Shown: positions 1-7,855, counted from the first letter of the stretch. The stretch: 10,653 nucleotides of DNA from Deltaproteobacteria bacterium (GCA_032128115.1 JAQBHB010000074.1:1-10653), one strand, 5' to 3'. The notes: generated from the letters alone by a model not told the origin. Program-made: numbers and translations.

Positions 1-547
1 CGCTGCCTTCGGCCGCATCGACATCCTGCACAACAACGTGGGCATTGGCGGCGGCGATGCAGGGCCCGCCCACCTGGAGGAGGCGGCCTGGGACCGCATC
101 CTGCAGGTGAACCTCAAGAGCGTCATCCTGCCCTGCAAGCACGTGCTTCCGGTGATGCGAGAGCAGCGCTCCGGGGTCATCACCAACATCTCGTCGATCG
201 CGGCGGTGTGCGCGACAGGCATCGTCGCCTACAAGGTTTCCAAGGCCGGCATCAATGCCTACACCCAGTCGCTTGCGGTGGGCAACGCCCGGTACGGCAT
301 TCGAGCCAACGTCATCATGCCCGGGCTGATGAACACCCCCATGGCCATCGAGGGCATCTCCAGCGCCCTGGGCATCGACAAGCAGCAGCTGATCGAGAAG
401 CGCGACGCCCAGGTTCCCCTCGGCGCCAAGATGGGCACCGCCTGGGACGTGGCCTACGCCGCGCTCTTTCTCGCCTCGGACGAGGCGGCCTTCATCACCG
501 GCGTGGCGTTGCCGGTGGACGGGGGGCAGAGCGCCCGGGTGGGGTAG
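1..547 (+). CDS. SDR family NAD(P)-dependent oxidoreductase (5'-truncated by window edge)
   Basis: The frame is open from position 2 (AAFGRIDILHNNVG, an NNAG-like motif). It contains ITNISS, catalytic YKVSK (YxxxK), IRANVIMPG and C-terminal FITGVALPVDGG. The GTG at 38 is internal; the Rossmann glycine motif lies upstream of the window. Confidence 0.95.
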   Translation, partial: AAFGRIDILHNNVGIGGGDAGPAHLEEAAWDRILQVNLKSVILPCKHVLPVMREQRSGVITNISSIAAVCATGIVAYKVSKAGINAYTQSLAVGNARYGIRANVIMPGLMNTPMAIEGISSALGIDKQQLIEKRDAQVPLGAKMGTAWDVAYAALFLASDEAAFITGVALPVDGGQSARVG

Positions 548-559
548 GCTGGTGCGGTC

Positions 560-1477
560 ATGAGCCGTCCCGGCACCACCATCTCGGCACTCGTGCTGCT
601 CGTGGGCGGCGTCTCCCTGCTCGGGAAAGGCGCCTCCGCCCAGGTTTCCGCGCCCGAGTTGCCCGCCGCCCTTTCCAGCCTGGCGGGAAACGCCGCGCTC
701 GGCGCCCTGTGGAGCGAAGGGCTGGTTCTCGAGCGCAGCGAAGACCTGCTGGCCTCATCGACCCGATACGAGCGCCTGGCCGAGTCCCTGCCCGAGTCGT
801 CCTTCATCCGCTGGCGCCTGTCGCGCAACTACTGGCGATTCGCCGAGCGCCTGCCCGTGGCTGACAAACCCGACCGGCTGCTCTACTTCGGTCAGGCGGA
901 CACCTGGGCCGACAGCAGTCTGGCGCTCGAGTCCGAGTGTGGCGAGTGCATCATGTGGAAGATCGCGTCGCTGGGACGCCTGGCCACCACCCAGGGCGTG
1001 GTCAAGTCGGCCCGCTCCGCGTCCACGATCGGCGAACTGATCGACCGGGGCATCGCCCTGCGGCCCACGTACGCCGACAATGCCTCGAACGCAACCCTCG
1101 GGAATCTCTACTACGCAGGGGCTGCCTTCTACCGGATCGTTCCCGAGTGGCGCTGGCTCGAGTGGGTGATCGGCGTGCGCGGCGACAAGGAGCGAGCCCT
1201 CGAGTACATCCATAACGCGCTGGAAATCTCCGGCGCCCGCATCGACTACCAGGTAGAGCTCGGCGCGATCCTTCTCTGTATGGGCAACGAGGCCGGTGAT
1301 CCGGGCCGCATCGAACGCGGCGAACGCGTGCTGCACGACGCCATGTCGTTGGAGCACCTGCAGAGCACCGACGCGATGGACATCGAGCATGCCCGCATCA
1401 TGCTCGAACACCCCAAGCGCGCCTGCAGCTACTCGCGCGACGGCTGGATCGAGCTGGACCAACTGGCGCGGCACTGA
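560..1477 (+). CDS. Secreted helical-repeat (TPR-like) protein, resembling TatT/RMD-type proteins
   Basis: Sec signal peptide (MSRPGTTISALVLLVGGVSLLGKGASA|Q). Amphipathic helical repeats such as WRLSRNYWRFAE and GDKERALEYIHNALEISGARIDYQVELGAILL. Starts 12 nt after the SDR stop. The family call is from resemblance only. Confidence 0.7.
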   Translation: MSRPGTTISALVLLVGGVSLLGKGASAQVSAPELPAALSSLAGNAALGALWSEGLVLERSEDLLASSTRYERLAESLPESSFIRWRLSRNYWRFAERLPVADKPDRLLYFGQADTWADSSLALESECGECIMWKIASLGRLATTQGVVKSARSASTIGELIDRGIALRPTYADNASNATLGNLYYAGAAFYRIVPEWRWLEWVIGVRGDKERALEYIHNALEISGARIDYQVELGAILLCMGNEAGDPGRIERGERVLHDAMSLEHLQSTDAMDIEHARIMLEHPKRACSYSRDGWIELDQLARH

Positions 1478-1610
1478 CCCGAGTCGTTCTCGTGGGGCGT
1501 AGCTCCCCAGCGCAGCCCGCGTATCGCGGCGGAACGCCCTGACGGTCGCCGATCGAGCCGCCCGAAACGGCTCTCGACGCCCCACAGCGCCCCCCTACGG
1601 CCCCTCGGGC

Positions 1611-1627
1611 TTGGAATGCCGCTTGCA
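1611..1627 (+). promoter_or_regulatory. Putative sigma54 (-24/-12) promoter
   Basis: TTGGAATGCCGCTTGCA has exact GG-N10-GC spacing and a perfect TTGCA -12 box against consensus YTGGCACGNNNNTTGCW. It sits just upstream of SD AGGAGG (1641-1646) and GTG 1655. Confidence 0.65.
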
Positions 1628-1654
1628 GTCCTGCGCGGCCAGGAGGGACATCCA

Positions 1655-2578
1655 GTGTCGAATCCGATCCGTGTCTGCCTTCGCATCCTCGCGGTTGCCA
1701 GCGTGCTGTTCGCGCCGGTCGCAGCCTCTGCCGAGCCGCCGCCTTGCCCCACCTGGTTCCCCGACTTCTCCGACTGCGGACGCTCGGGGCGCTGGGAGGG
1801 CTTCACGATGCCGATCGCGGCGCCCTACCTGTTCGAAGATCCCTTCATCACCACCGGCGTGCAGGCCGTGGGGATCTGGCACGACTTCACCGATTCGACC
1901 CTCGGCGGGGAGGCCTGGGTGCTGGCGGTCCAGGCCCGAATCGCGATCACCGACAAGCTCGCCTTCATCGCCACCAAGGACGGCTACACCTGGATGGACG
2001 ACACCGCCCTGGGGAGCCCCGACGGCTTCTGGGACATCACTGCGGGGTTCAAATACGCGCTGATCGAGATGCCCGAGCAGAATTTCATTCTCACCCCGAG
2101 CCTGCGCTTCGACATCCCCGTCGGCCAGAAGAAGGTGCTGTCGGGCAACGGTGACGGCGTGATCATCCCCGCCGTCTCCGCGGCCTGGGGCACGGGCAAG
2201 CTGCATTTCATCGGCGACCTGGGTTTCCGGATTCCGTTCAGTGGCAACAAGGAGAGCACCTCCATGTTCTACAACCTGAGTGCCGCCTACAACATCCACG
2301 AGCACGTGATCCCCCTGGTGGAGCTCAACGGATACCACTGGATCAGCTCGGGCAACGACTCGAGCTTCGGACTGGGGGCGACGGGCGTCGAAGGGGTGGA
2401 CGTGGTGAACCTGGGCTCGACCGGCGTCGGGGGCAGCGACGTCCTCACCATGTCGTTCGGGTTCCGGTTTCCCATCCGGAAGCACGTGAGCGCCGGCATG
2501 GCCTACGAGATCCCGGTTACGCAGAACCGGGACATCTTCGAGCGCCGCGCCACGCTGAACCTGCTGATCGAGTACTAG
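1655..2578 (+). CDS. Putative outer-membrane beta-barrel channel (COG4313/MetA-pathway-like transporter)
   Basis: Start reassigned from 1616 to GTG 1655 because of SD AGGAGG. Signal peptide ends in AASA|E. Alternating hydrophobic strands (GFWDITAGFKY, LTPSLRFDIPVG, LTMSFGFRFPI). The C-terminal strand ends in an aromatic residue (ATLNLLIEY), typical of BAM substrates. Confidence 0.7.
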   Translation: MSNPIRVCLRILAVASVLFAPVAASAEPPPCPTWFPDFSDCGRSGRWEGFTMPIAAPYLFEDPFITTGVQAVGIWHDFTDSTLGGEAWVLAVQARIAITDKLAFIATKDGYTWMDDTALGSPDGFWDITAGFKYALIEMPEQNFILTPSLRFDIPVGQKKVLSGNGDGVIIPAVSAAWGTGKLHFIGDLGFRIPFSGNKESTSMFYNLSAAYNIHEHVIPLVELNGYHWISSGNDSSFGLGATGVEGVDVVNLGSTGVGGSDVLTMSFGFRFPIRKHVSAGMAYEIPVTQNRDIFERRATLNLLIEY

Positions 2579-2586
2579 GGGGCGGA

Positions 2587-2982
2587 ATGCCCCGGGGCCT
2601 GGGGATCGCACTCGTGTTGCTGGGAAGCACCACCGGCTGCGCCGCGCACGTGGGCCGGGCGGCGCTCGCCGCGCAGATCGAGGCGGGCACGCCACCCGGG
2701 ATCCTCGACGTGCGCTCCGGCGGCGAGTACGCGGAGTCGCACGTGCCCGGGGCCGTGCACATCCCCTTCTACGCGGTGATCTCGCGGTCCGACGAGATAC
2801 CCAGGGCCGACGATCAACCGCTGGTGGTCTACTGCGAGCACGGACCCCGGGCGGGACTGGCCCGCGCGGGGCTCTGGTTCGCGGGTGCGGGTGAGGTGCG
2901 CTTCCTGGACGGCCACATGACTGCGTGGAAGAGAGACGGACTGCCCGTCGAGACGGGAACGCCCGAGGCGCAGCCGGAGTAG
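2587..2982 (+). CDS. Single-domain rhodanese-like sulfurtransferase, predicted lipoprotein
   Basis: ILDVRSGGEY, HVPGAVHIP, active-site loop CEHGPRA and LDGHMTAW. N-terminal hydrophobic stretch with lipobox-like TTGC. Starts 8 nt after the barrel stop. Confidence 0.9.
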   Translation: MPRGLGIALVLLGSTTGCAAHVGRAALAAQIEAGTPPGILDVRSGGEYAESHVPGAVHIPFYAVISRSDEIPRADDQPLVVYCEHGPRAGLARAGLWFAGAGEVRFLDGHMTAWKRDGLPVETGTPEAQPE

Positions 2983-3003
2983 CGGAATTCGGCTCCGCTA
3001 CTC
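2977..3003. terminator. Perfect 10-bp hairpin spanning two convergent stop codons (possible bidirectional terminator)
   Basis: GAGTAGCGGA (2977-2986) pairs with TCCGCTACTC (2994-3003) around a 7-nt loop. No U-tract on either side. Confidence 0.45.
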
Positions 3004-3849
3004 GAGCGGCTCGATGTGCACCGTCACGTCGGCGTTCCCGAAGCGTTGGAGCAGGCGCTGCTCCACGGCATCGGCGATGGCGTGCGACTCGCTGGTCGAG
3101 AGTTCGGCATCGACGGCCACGACCACATCCACGGCCACCGAGCCACCCGCGCCCTTCGAGCGCACGCGCCGCGCCTCGCGCACACCTTCGATGCTGCAGA
3201 CGAGCGCCATGATCTCTTCTGGATCGGCTGCCATGTGGTCGGTGAGCACCGGGATGGCGCGCTGGAATAGATCGTAGGCCAGGTAGAGCACGAGCCCGGC
3301 CACGCCGAGCGTAGTGGCGGTGTCGAGCCAGGCGTAGCCCAGGGATGCCAGCTGCCAGCCGGTGATCACGCCCGCGGTCACCAGGATATCCGAGAGCGTG
3401 TGGCGGGCGTCCGCGCGCAACAGGTCCGAATCCAGGCGCCTGGCCCAGCGACCCTCCCAGGTCGCGATCGCCACATTCACGACGAAGACCCCCACCATCA
3501 CAGCGAGTCCCCAGTCGTTGCGGATGACCTCGCGGTTTCCCCGCTGCACGGCGTGCAGCACCAGCTCGATGGCGAGCACGGCCAGGAGCGTTGCCAGCAC
3601 GAAGACCGCCAGCGTCTCGAACTTGCGGTGGCCGTAGGGATGCTCCCGATCCGGCGGGCTGCTGGCGATGCGATGGGCGAAGAAGGCCAACCCATTGTTG
3701 GCCAGGTCCGCGAAGGAGTGCACGGCATCGCCGAGAACTGCGATCGAGGAGGTGGAGATCCCCACCGCCAGCTTGGCGAGGAGCACCGCCAGGTTGGCGG
3801 AGCCCTCGATGAGGAGCACATTGCGTACGCGTCGATCGCGTTGATCCAT
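2998..3849 (-). CDS. Cation diffusion facilitator (FieF/YiiP-like) metal transporter
   Basis: Real start is ATG 3849 (MDQRDRRVRNVLLIEG). Motifs: TM2 DAVHSFAD, PPDREHPYGHRKFE signature, TM5 ADARHTLSD, and a C-terminal dimerisation domain ending SHAIAD...VTVHIEP. Confidence 0.95.
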   Translation of the reverse strand: MDQRDRRVRNVLLIEGSANLAVLLAKLAVGISTSSIAVLGDAVHSFADLANNGLAFFAHRIASSPPDREHPYGHRKFETLAVFVLATLLAVLAIELVLHAVQRGNREVIRNDWGLAVMVGVFVVNVAIATWEGRWARRLDSDLLRADARHTLSDILVTAGVITGWQLASLGYAWLDTATTLGVAGLVLYLAYDLFQRAIPVLTDHMAADPEEIMALVCSIEGVREARRVRSKGAGGSVAVDVVVAVDAELSTSESHAIADAVEQRLLQRFGNADVTVHIEPLE

Positions 3850-3873
3850 GGAATCATTCGGCGGCGAGCCGAA

Positions 3874-3922
3874 AGCGTACCACTCGCGCCGAACGCGCCG
3901 CACTCTATCGCCGTGGTAGGCT
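3874..3922. promoter_or_regulatory. Pair of divergent extended -10-like elements
   Basis: GTGGTACGCT on the minus strand (3883-3874) precedes the CDF gene and GTGGTAGGCT on the plus strand (3913-3922) precedes the ftsH remnant. Both match TGnTAnnnT. Confidence 0.4.
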
Positions 3923-3934
3923 CGTCGCGAGCCC

Positions 3935-4617
3935 ATGACCGAAGACGAACCGCAGACCCCTGAGGCGTCCCCTGAAGCACCCGATGAGGCGCCGCGCTCC
4001 CGCTGCTGCTGCTGTGGCAGGGCCGGCTCGATGAGTTCACCCGGCGCACGATTCCCTACAGCGCCTTCAAGGAGCACCTGGAGCGGGGGGAGGTCGCGAA
4101 CTGCCTGGTCAAGGAGTCGGAGATCGTTGGACATGTGCAGCCGGCTGCTGTGCCGTCCGGCGTCGAATTCGGCGGCAAGCGTGCCGACCCGTTTCTGCAG
4201 CTCATGGACCGCCTGAAGGGCCTGCTCGGGGGGCGCGCCGCCGAAGAGGTGATCTTCGGCGAGGTGAGCACCGGCGCCGAGAATGACCTGCAGCAGGCCA
4301 CGTCGCTGGCGCCGCTGGCGCGGCGGGCCGTGTGCCAGTGGGGCATGGGAGAGTCGGTGGGACTCATGCACTGTGCCCAGCCGCGTCCGGCGTTGCTTCC
4401 CGGCGAGGCACCGGGGTCGCTTCAGCGCGATTGCAGCGAGGACACGGCCCGCGCGATCGACGAGGAGGTGCGAGCCATCCTCGACGATGCCTACGCGGCG
4501 GCCCGGGCCCTGCTCGACGGAAACCGCGACGAGCTCGAACGCGTGGCCGAGGCGCTGCTCACCCGCGAGACGCTGGGCGAGCAGGAGTTCCTCGCGCTCC
4601 TGGGCCGCGAGGCCTGA
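3935..4617 (+). pseudogene. ftsH: FtsH protease remnant: frameshift near the 5' end and in-frame loss of TM2, the AAA+ domain and HExxH
   Basis: ATG 3935 (MTEDEPQTPE...) is out of frame with the downstream reading PLLLLWQ...RTIPYSAFKEHLERGEV (FtsH periplasmic domain), which has a stop at 3985-3987 upstream. That reading joins directly at about 4197 to QLMDRLKGLLGGRAAEEVIFGEVSTGAENDLQQAT...IDEEVRAIL...LLTRETL (distal M41 peptidase). No Walker A/B or HExxH is present. Confidence 0.85.
4304..4321 (+). repeat. 9-bp tandem duplication in the ftsH remnant
   Basis: CGCTGGCGC occurs twice in tandem, giving ATSLAPLARR instead of the usual ATxLARxMV. Confidence 0.75.
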
Positions 4618-4630
4618 TTTGGCAGGCCAT

Positions 4631-4663
4631 GGCACGCATGGTCACGATACGAGGCATTCTGCC
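4631..4663. promoter_or_regulatory. Candidate upstream activator site (copy 1)
   Basis: Palindrome GGCA-TTC-TGCC (4653-4663) plus a GGCA 22 bp upstream. Positions 4648-4663 match 9831-9846 at 13 of 16 bases. Confidence 0.5.
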
Positions 4664-4702
4664 ACAATGGGGCCGCACCGCTTCGCGTCTAGACGACTGC
4701 GG

Positions 4703-4719
4703 TTGGCACACAGCGTGCT
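4703..4719 (+). promoter_or_regulatory. Putative sigma54 promoter of the pcm operon
   Basis: TTGGCACACAGCGTGCT: TGGCAC -24 box, GG-N10-GC spacing, TGCT -12 box. The predicted start near 4730 is followed by SD GGAGG (4746-4750) and GTG 4760. Confidence 0.75.
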
Positions 4720-4759
4720 TCTGATAACCGTGGTCCTGGCCTGTGGGAGGGAACGACAA

Positions 4760-5437
4760 GTGACGGCATACGCGGAGCGCATCCAGGAGCGCCACGAGAT
4801 GGTGGGGGTCGTGTCGACGCTCTTCCGGCGGACTGCCTCGGCAACGGGGCTTTCGAGCCTGGATCCCGAGGTCCGTGCGGCACTCGAGCGCGTCCCGCGC
4901 CACGCCTTCGTACCGCAGAGCGTGGCGGACGTGGCCTACGCCGACTCCGCCATCGCCATCGGCCACGGGCAGACCATTTCCCAGCCCTTCATCGTGGCGC
5001 TCATGACCCAGCTGGCTGCGGTAGACAGAGATAGCGTCGTTCTCGAGGTGGGCACGGGATCGGGCTACCAGGCGGCGGTGCTCGCCGAACTCGCCGGGCG
5101 GGTGTACTCGATCGAGATCGTCGCCGAACTCGCCGCGGAGGCCGCCGTGCGCCTGACCCGGCTCGGCTACGACAACGTGGAGACCCGCGCTGGCGACGGA
5201 TACGGAGGCTGGCCGGAGGCGGCACCCTTCGACGCCATCCTCGTCACCGCGGCCGCTCCCGGGATTCCGCCGCCCCTGATCGAGCAGCTGGCACCGGGTG
5301 GGCGGCTGATCGCCCCCGTGGGCGCGGTGCACGAGATGCAGGAGTTGATGCTCCTCGAGAAACACGAGAACGGCGTCATCGAGACCCGAACCAAACTACC
5401 CGTCGCATTCGTACCCCTGACCCGGGAACAGAACTGA
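4760..5437 (+). CDS. pcm: Protein-L-isoaspartate O-methyltransferase
   Basis: VPRHAFVP, AYADSAIAIGHGQTISQP, SAM motif VLEVGTGSGYQAAVLAEL, GDGYGGWPEAAPFDAILVTAA, QLAPGGRLIAPVG and VAFVPL. Start GTG 4760 chosen for SD GGAGG and a typical length (225 aa). Confidence 0.95.
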   Translation: MTAYAERIQERHEMVGVVSTLFRRTASATGLSSLDPEVRAALERVPRHAFVPQSVADVAYADSAIAIGHGQTISQPFIVALMTQLAAVDRDSVVLEVGTGSGYQAAVLAELAGRVYSIEIVAELAAEAAVRLTRLGYDNVETRAGDGYGGWPEAAPFDAILVTAAAPGIPPPLIEQLAPGGRLIAPVGAVHEMQELMLLEKHENGVIETRTKLPVAFVPLTREQN

Positions 5438-5447
5438 GGGAACCGGA

Positions 5448-6344
5448 CTGCGAACTCCGCTCGAGATCCACGCCTTCGAGGATTCGTGGGGTGTAGCCGA
5501 GGGACTGGCGGGCAGCCTGGGGGCGCCTCTGCGCCCGATCCACGTCCACCGGTTTCCGGACGGTGAATCGCTGGTGCGGGTGGAGTGCGACCAGCCGGAA
5601 TCGGCTGTGGTGCTGCGATCGCTCGATGATCCCAACGCCAAGTTGGTCGAAGTGTTGCTGGCGGCGGACGCCCTGCGGCGCCGCGGCGCCGAGCGGGTGA
5701 TGCTGGCGGCCCCGTATCTGGGCTATATGCGACAGGATCAGAGCTTTCGGGAGGGCGAGGCGATCTCGCAGCAGGTGGTGGGCGCCCAGCTGGGCCTCGC
5801 GTTCGATGGCGTGGTGACGGTCGAGGCGCACCTCCACCGGATCGCGAGTCTCTCCCAGGTATTCTCGTGCCCCGCCGAGTCGCTCTCGGCGGCGCCGTTG
5901 GTGGCGCAGTGGTGCACGAGTCTCGCGGGGAACTGGCTGGTGGTGGGACCGGATCGGGAGTCGGAGCCCTGGGTCAGGGCGGTGGCCACGCGGGCGGGGC
6001 TCCCGTGGATCGTGTGTGACAAGGTGCGCGCGGCCGACGACCGCGTCCACGTGGAGGTGCCGAAACCGCCTGATGGTATCCGCGGCGCGCTCCTGGTGGA
6101 CGACATCGCCAGCACCGGCGCCACACTGGCGGAAGCCAGCCGGGGCCTCCAGGCCGTTGGCTTCGAGCGCGTGGAGGCCGTGGTGATCCACGCGCTCTTC
6201 GCTCCGGGGGCCGAGGCGCGACTCCAAGCGGCGGGTGTCGAGCGGGTGGTGTCGACCGACAGCGTCGCGCATCCCAGCAACCGCCTCTGTGTGGCGCCGC
6301 TGCTGGCCGAGTACCTGGGCGCGCTGCGCCCGCAGAGCCGCTGA
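5448..6344 (+). CDS. prs: Ribose-phosphate diphosphokinase (PRPP synthetase)-like protein; probable CTG start
   Basis: The frame extends upstream of 5574 through conserved HRFPDGE. Other motifs: APYLGYMRQD, VEAHLHR, VVGPD, KVR loop and PRT motif LLVDDIASTGATL. In-frame stop at 5418-5420. CTG 5448 lies 7 nt after GAGGG. Confidence 0.9.
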   Translation: MRTPLEIHAFEDSWGVAEGLAGSLGAPLRPIHVHRFPDGESLVRVECDQPESAVVLRSLDDPNAKLVEVLLAADALRRRGAERVMLAAPYLGYMRQDQSFREGEAISQQVVGAQLGLAFDGVVTVEAHLHRIASLSQVFSCPAESLSAAPLVAQWCTSLAGNWLVVGPDRESEPWVRAVATRAGLPWIVCDKVRAADDRVHVEVPKPPDGIRGALLVDDIASTGATLAEASRGLQAVGFERVEAVVIHALFAPGAEARLQAAGVERVVSTDSVAHPSNRLCVAPLLAEYLGALRPQSR

Positions 6345-7849
6345 TGTTCCGTCTGCGGCGCATCGGCATCGACACCCAGAGCGAGCACGTGGTCTTCATC
6401 GACGAGCGCGCGGTGTTCGAAGGCGCGCTGGGCTTCCAGCCCATGGACCGCGTGCAGGTGCTGGGCCGCGATCCCGCAACGGAGCTCCCGCGACAGATCA
6501 CCGGCGTCCTGAACTTCTGCCGCGATTCCCTGCTGGAAAAGGACGAGATCGGCCTCTCCGAGGTGGCGTTTCTCGACCTGTCGCTTCCTCCGGGCGCCCC
6601 CGTGGAAGCCACCCTCGCGCGCCCGCCCGAGAGCGTACATCGCGTTCGCAACAAGCTGGGCGGGGCGCGCCTGGGCCGCCAGGACTTCGACGCGATCCTG
6701 ACGGACGTGGTTGCGCGGCGCTACTCGAAGCCCGAACTCAGCATGTTCGTGCTCGCGTGCGCGCTTCGCAATCTCGACGACGAGGAGCTGATCGATCTGA
6801 CGAAGGCCATGGTGGCCTCCGGATCGAGCCTGCAATTCGATGCTCCAGTGGTGGCCGACAAGCACTGCATCGGCGGCATCCCGGGCAATCGCACCTCGAT
6901 GATCGTGGTTCCCATCCTGGTCTCGCTGGGCGTCACCATGCCGAAGACATCCTCGCGGGCCATCACCAGTCCGTCGGGAACGGCCGACACCATGGCGGTG
7001 CTCGCCAACGTGGATCTTGGCGCCCATGACATTCGTCGGGTCGTCGAGGCCACCGGCGGGTGCATCGTGTGGGGAGGGGCGCTCGACCTGGCGCCGGCCG
7101 ATGACGTGCTGATCACCGTCGAACGACCCATGCAGATCGACACCGAGGCGCAGATGGTGGCCTCGATCCTGGCGAAGAAGAAGACGGTGGGTGCGACCCA
7201 CGCGTTGATCGACGTGCCGGTGGGTCGCACTGCGAAGGTGCGATCGTTCGCCGAGGCCCAGCGCCTGACGGAACTCTTCCAGCGCGTGGCCGCAGCACTC
7301 GATCTTGGCATCGACGTGGTGGTGACCGACGCGTGCGGCCCCATCGGCCGGGGCGTGGGCCCGCGTCTCGAGGCCCTGGACGTGTTGGCCGTGCTGCGCG
7401 GCGAGCCCGGCGCGCCGCTGGACCTGCGCGAGAAGTCGCTCTTCCTGGCGTCCCGCCTGCTGGAGCGCACCGGTACCGCTGCGGGGGCCGGTGGCTACCG
7501 GATGGCGCAGGAGGCCCTGGATTCGGGGCGGGCGGCGGCGACGTTCGACGCGATCCTCGGGGCCCAGGGGCGCCGCGAGCTTCCCAGCCCCGCCGCCTTC
7601 CATCACGTGGTGGCGGCGGATCGGGACGGGCGCATTCGCGAGATCGACTGCCTCGAGATCAACCGGATCGCGAAGCTCGCCGGGTCGCCGGCCAATCCCG
7701 CCGCCGGGCTGCGGATGCAGCGCGCGGTGAACGACGTGGTGGAACGCGGCGAGCCGCTGTTCGAGATCCACGCACAGAGCGAGGCCCAGCTTGGCTTTGC
7801 CCGGGAGCACGCCGAGGGGCACGACGGTGTGTGCCACTATGGCTACTAG
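6344..7849 (+). CDS. Archaeal-type AMP/NMP phosphorylase homologue (thymidine phosphorylase family)
   Basis: Extra N-terminal domain of about 85 aa. DKHCIGGIPGNRT and PKTSSRAITSPSGTAD are AMP-phosphorylase-type motifs, unlike DKHSTGG and SGRGLGHTGGT of DeoA/Pdp. TGATG overlap with the prs stop. Confidence 0.9.
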   Translation: MFRLRRIGIDTQSEHVVFIDERAVFEGALGFQPMDRVQVLGRDPATELPRQITGVLNFCRDSLLEKDEIGLSEVAFLDLSLPPGAPVEATLARPPESVHRVRNKLGGARLGRQDFDAILTDVVARRYSKPELSMFVLACALRNLDDEELIDLTKAMVASGSSLQFDAPVVADKHCIGGIPGNRTSMIVVPILVSLGVTMPKTSSRAITSPSGTADTMAVLANVDLGAHDIRRVVEATGGCIVWGGALDLAPADDVLITVERPMQIDTEAQMVASILAKKKTVGATHALIDVPVGRTAKVRSFAEAQRLTELFQRVAAALDLGIDVVVTDACGPIGRGVGPRLEALDVLAVLRGEPGAPLDLREKSLFLASRLLERTGTAAGAGGYRMAQEALDSGRAAATFDAILGAQGRRELPSPAAFHHVVAADRDGRIREIDCLEINRIAKLAGSPANPAAGLRMQRAVNDVVERGEPLFEIHAQSEAQLGFAREHAEGHDGVCHYGY

Positions 7850-7855
7850 AACCCT

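Noticed and set aside
1494..1505. GGGGCGTAGCTC resembles a tRNA 5' end or the yybP-ykoY riboswitch GGGGAGUAGC motif
   Set aside because: No T-loop GTTCRA or cloverleaf follows, and the other conserved riboswitch elements are not seen.
3850..4635. N-terminal extension of the 545-aa minus-strand ORF, suggesting a CDF fusion
   Set aside because: It is the antisense shadow of the ftsH remnant; CDF homology begins at ATG 3849.
4667..4759. Apparent lipoprotein/Tat-like signal on Pcm (MGPHRFASRRLRLAHSVLLITVVLAC), suggesting an exported methyltransferase
   Set aside because: ATG 4667 lacks a well-spaced SD, this stretch contains the sigma54 -24/-12 motif, and GTG 4760 has a strong SD and gives a normal-length cytoplasmic Pcm. 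Not fully excluded without TSS data.
6344..7849. Calling the phosphorylase deoA (classical thymidine phosphorylase)
   Set aside because: The active-site motifs and extra N-terminal domain match the AMP-phosphorylase branch.
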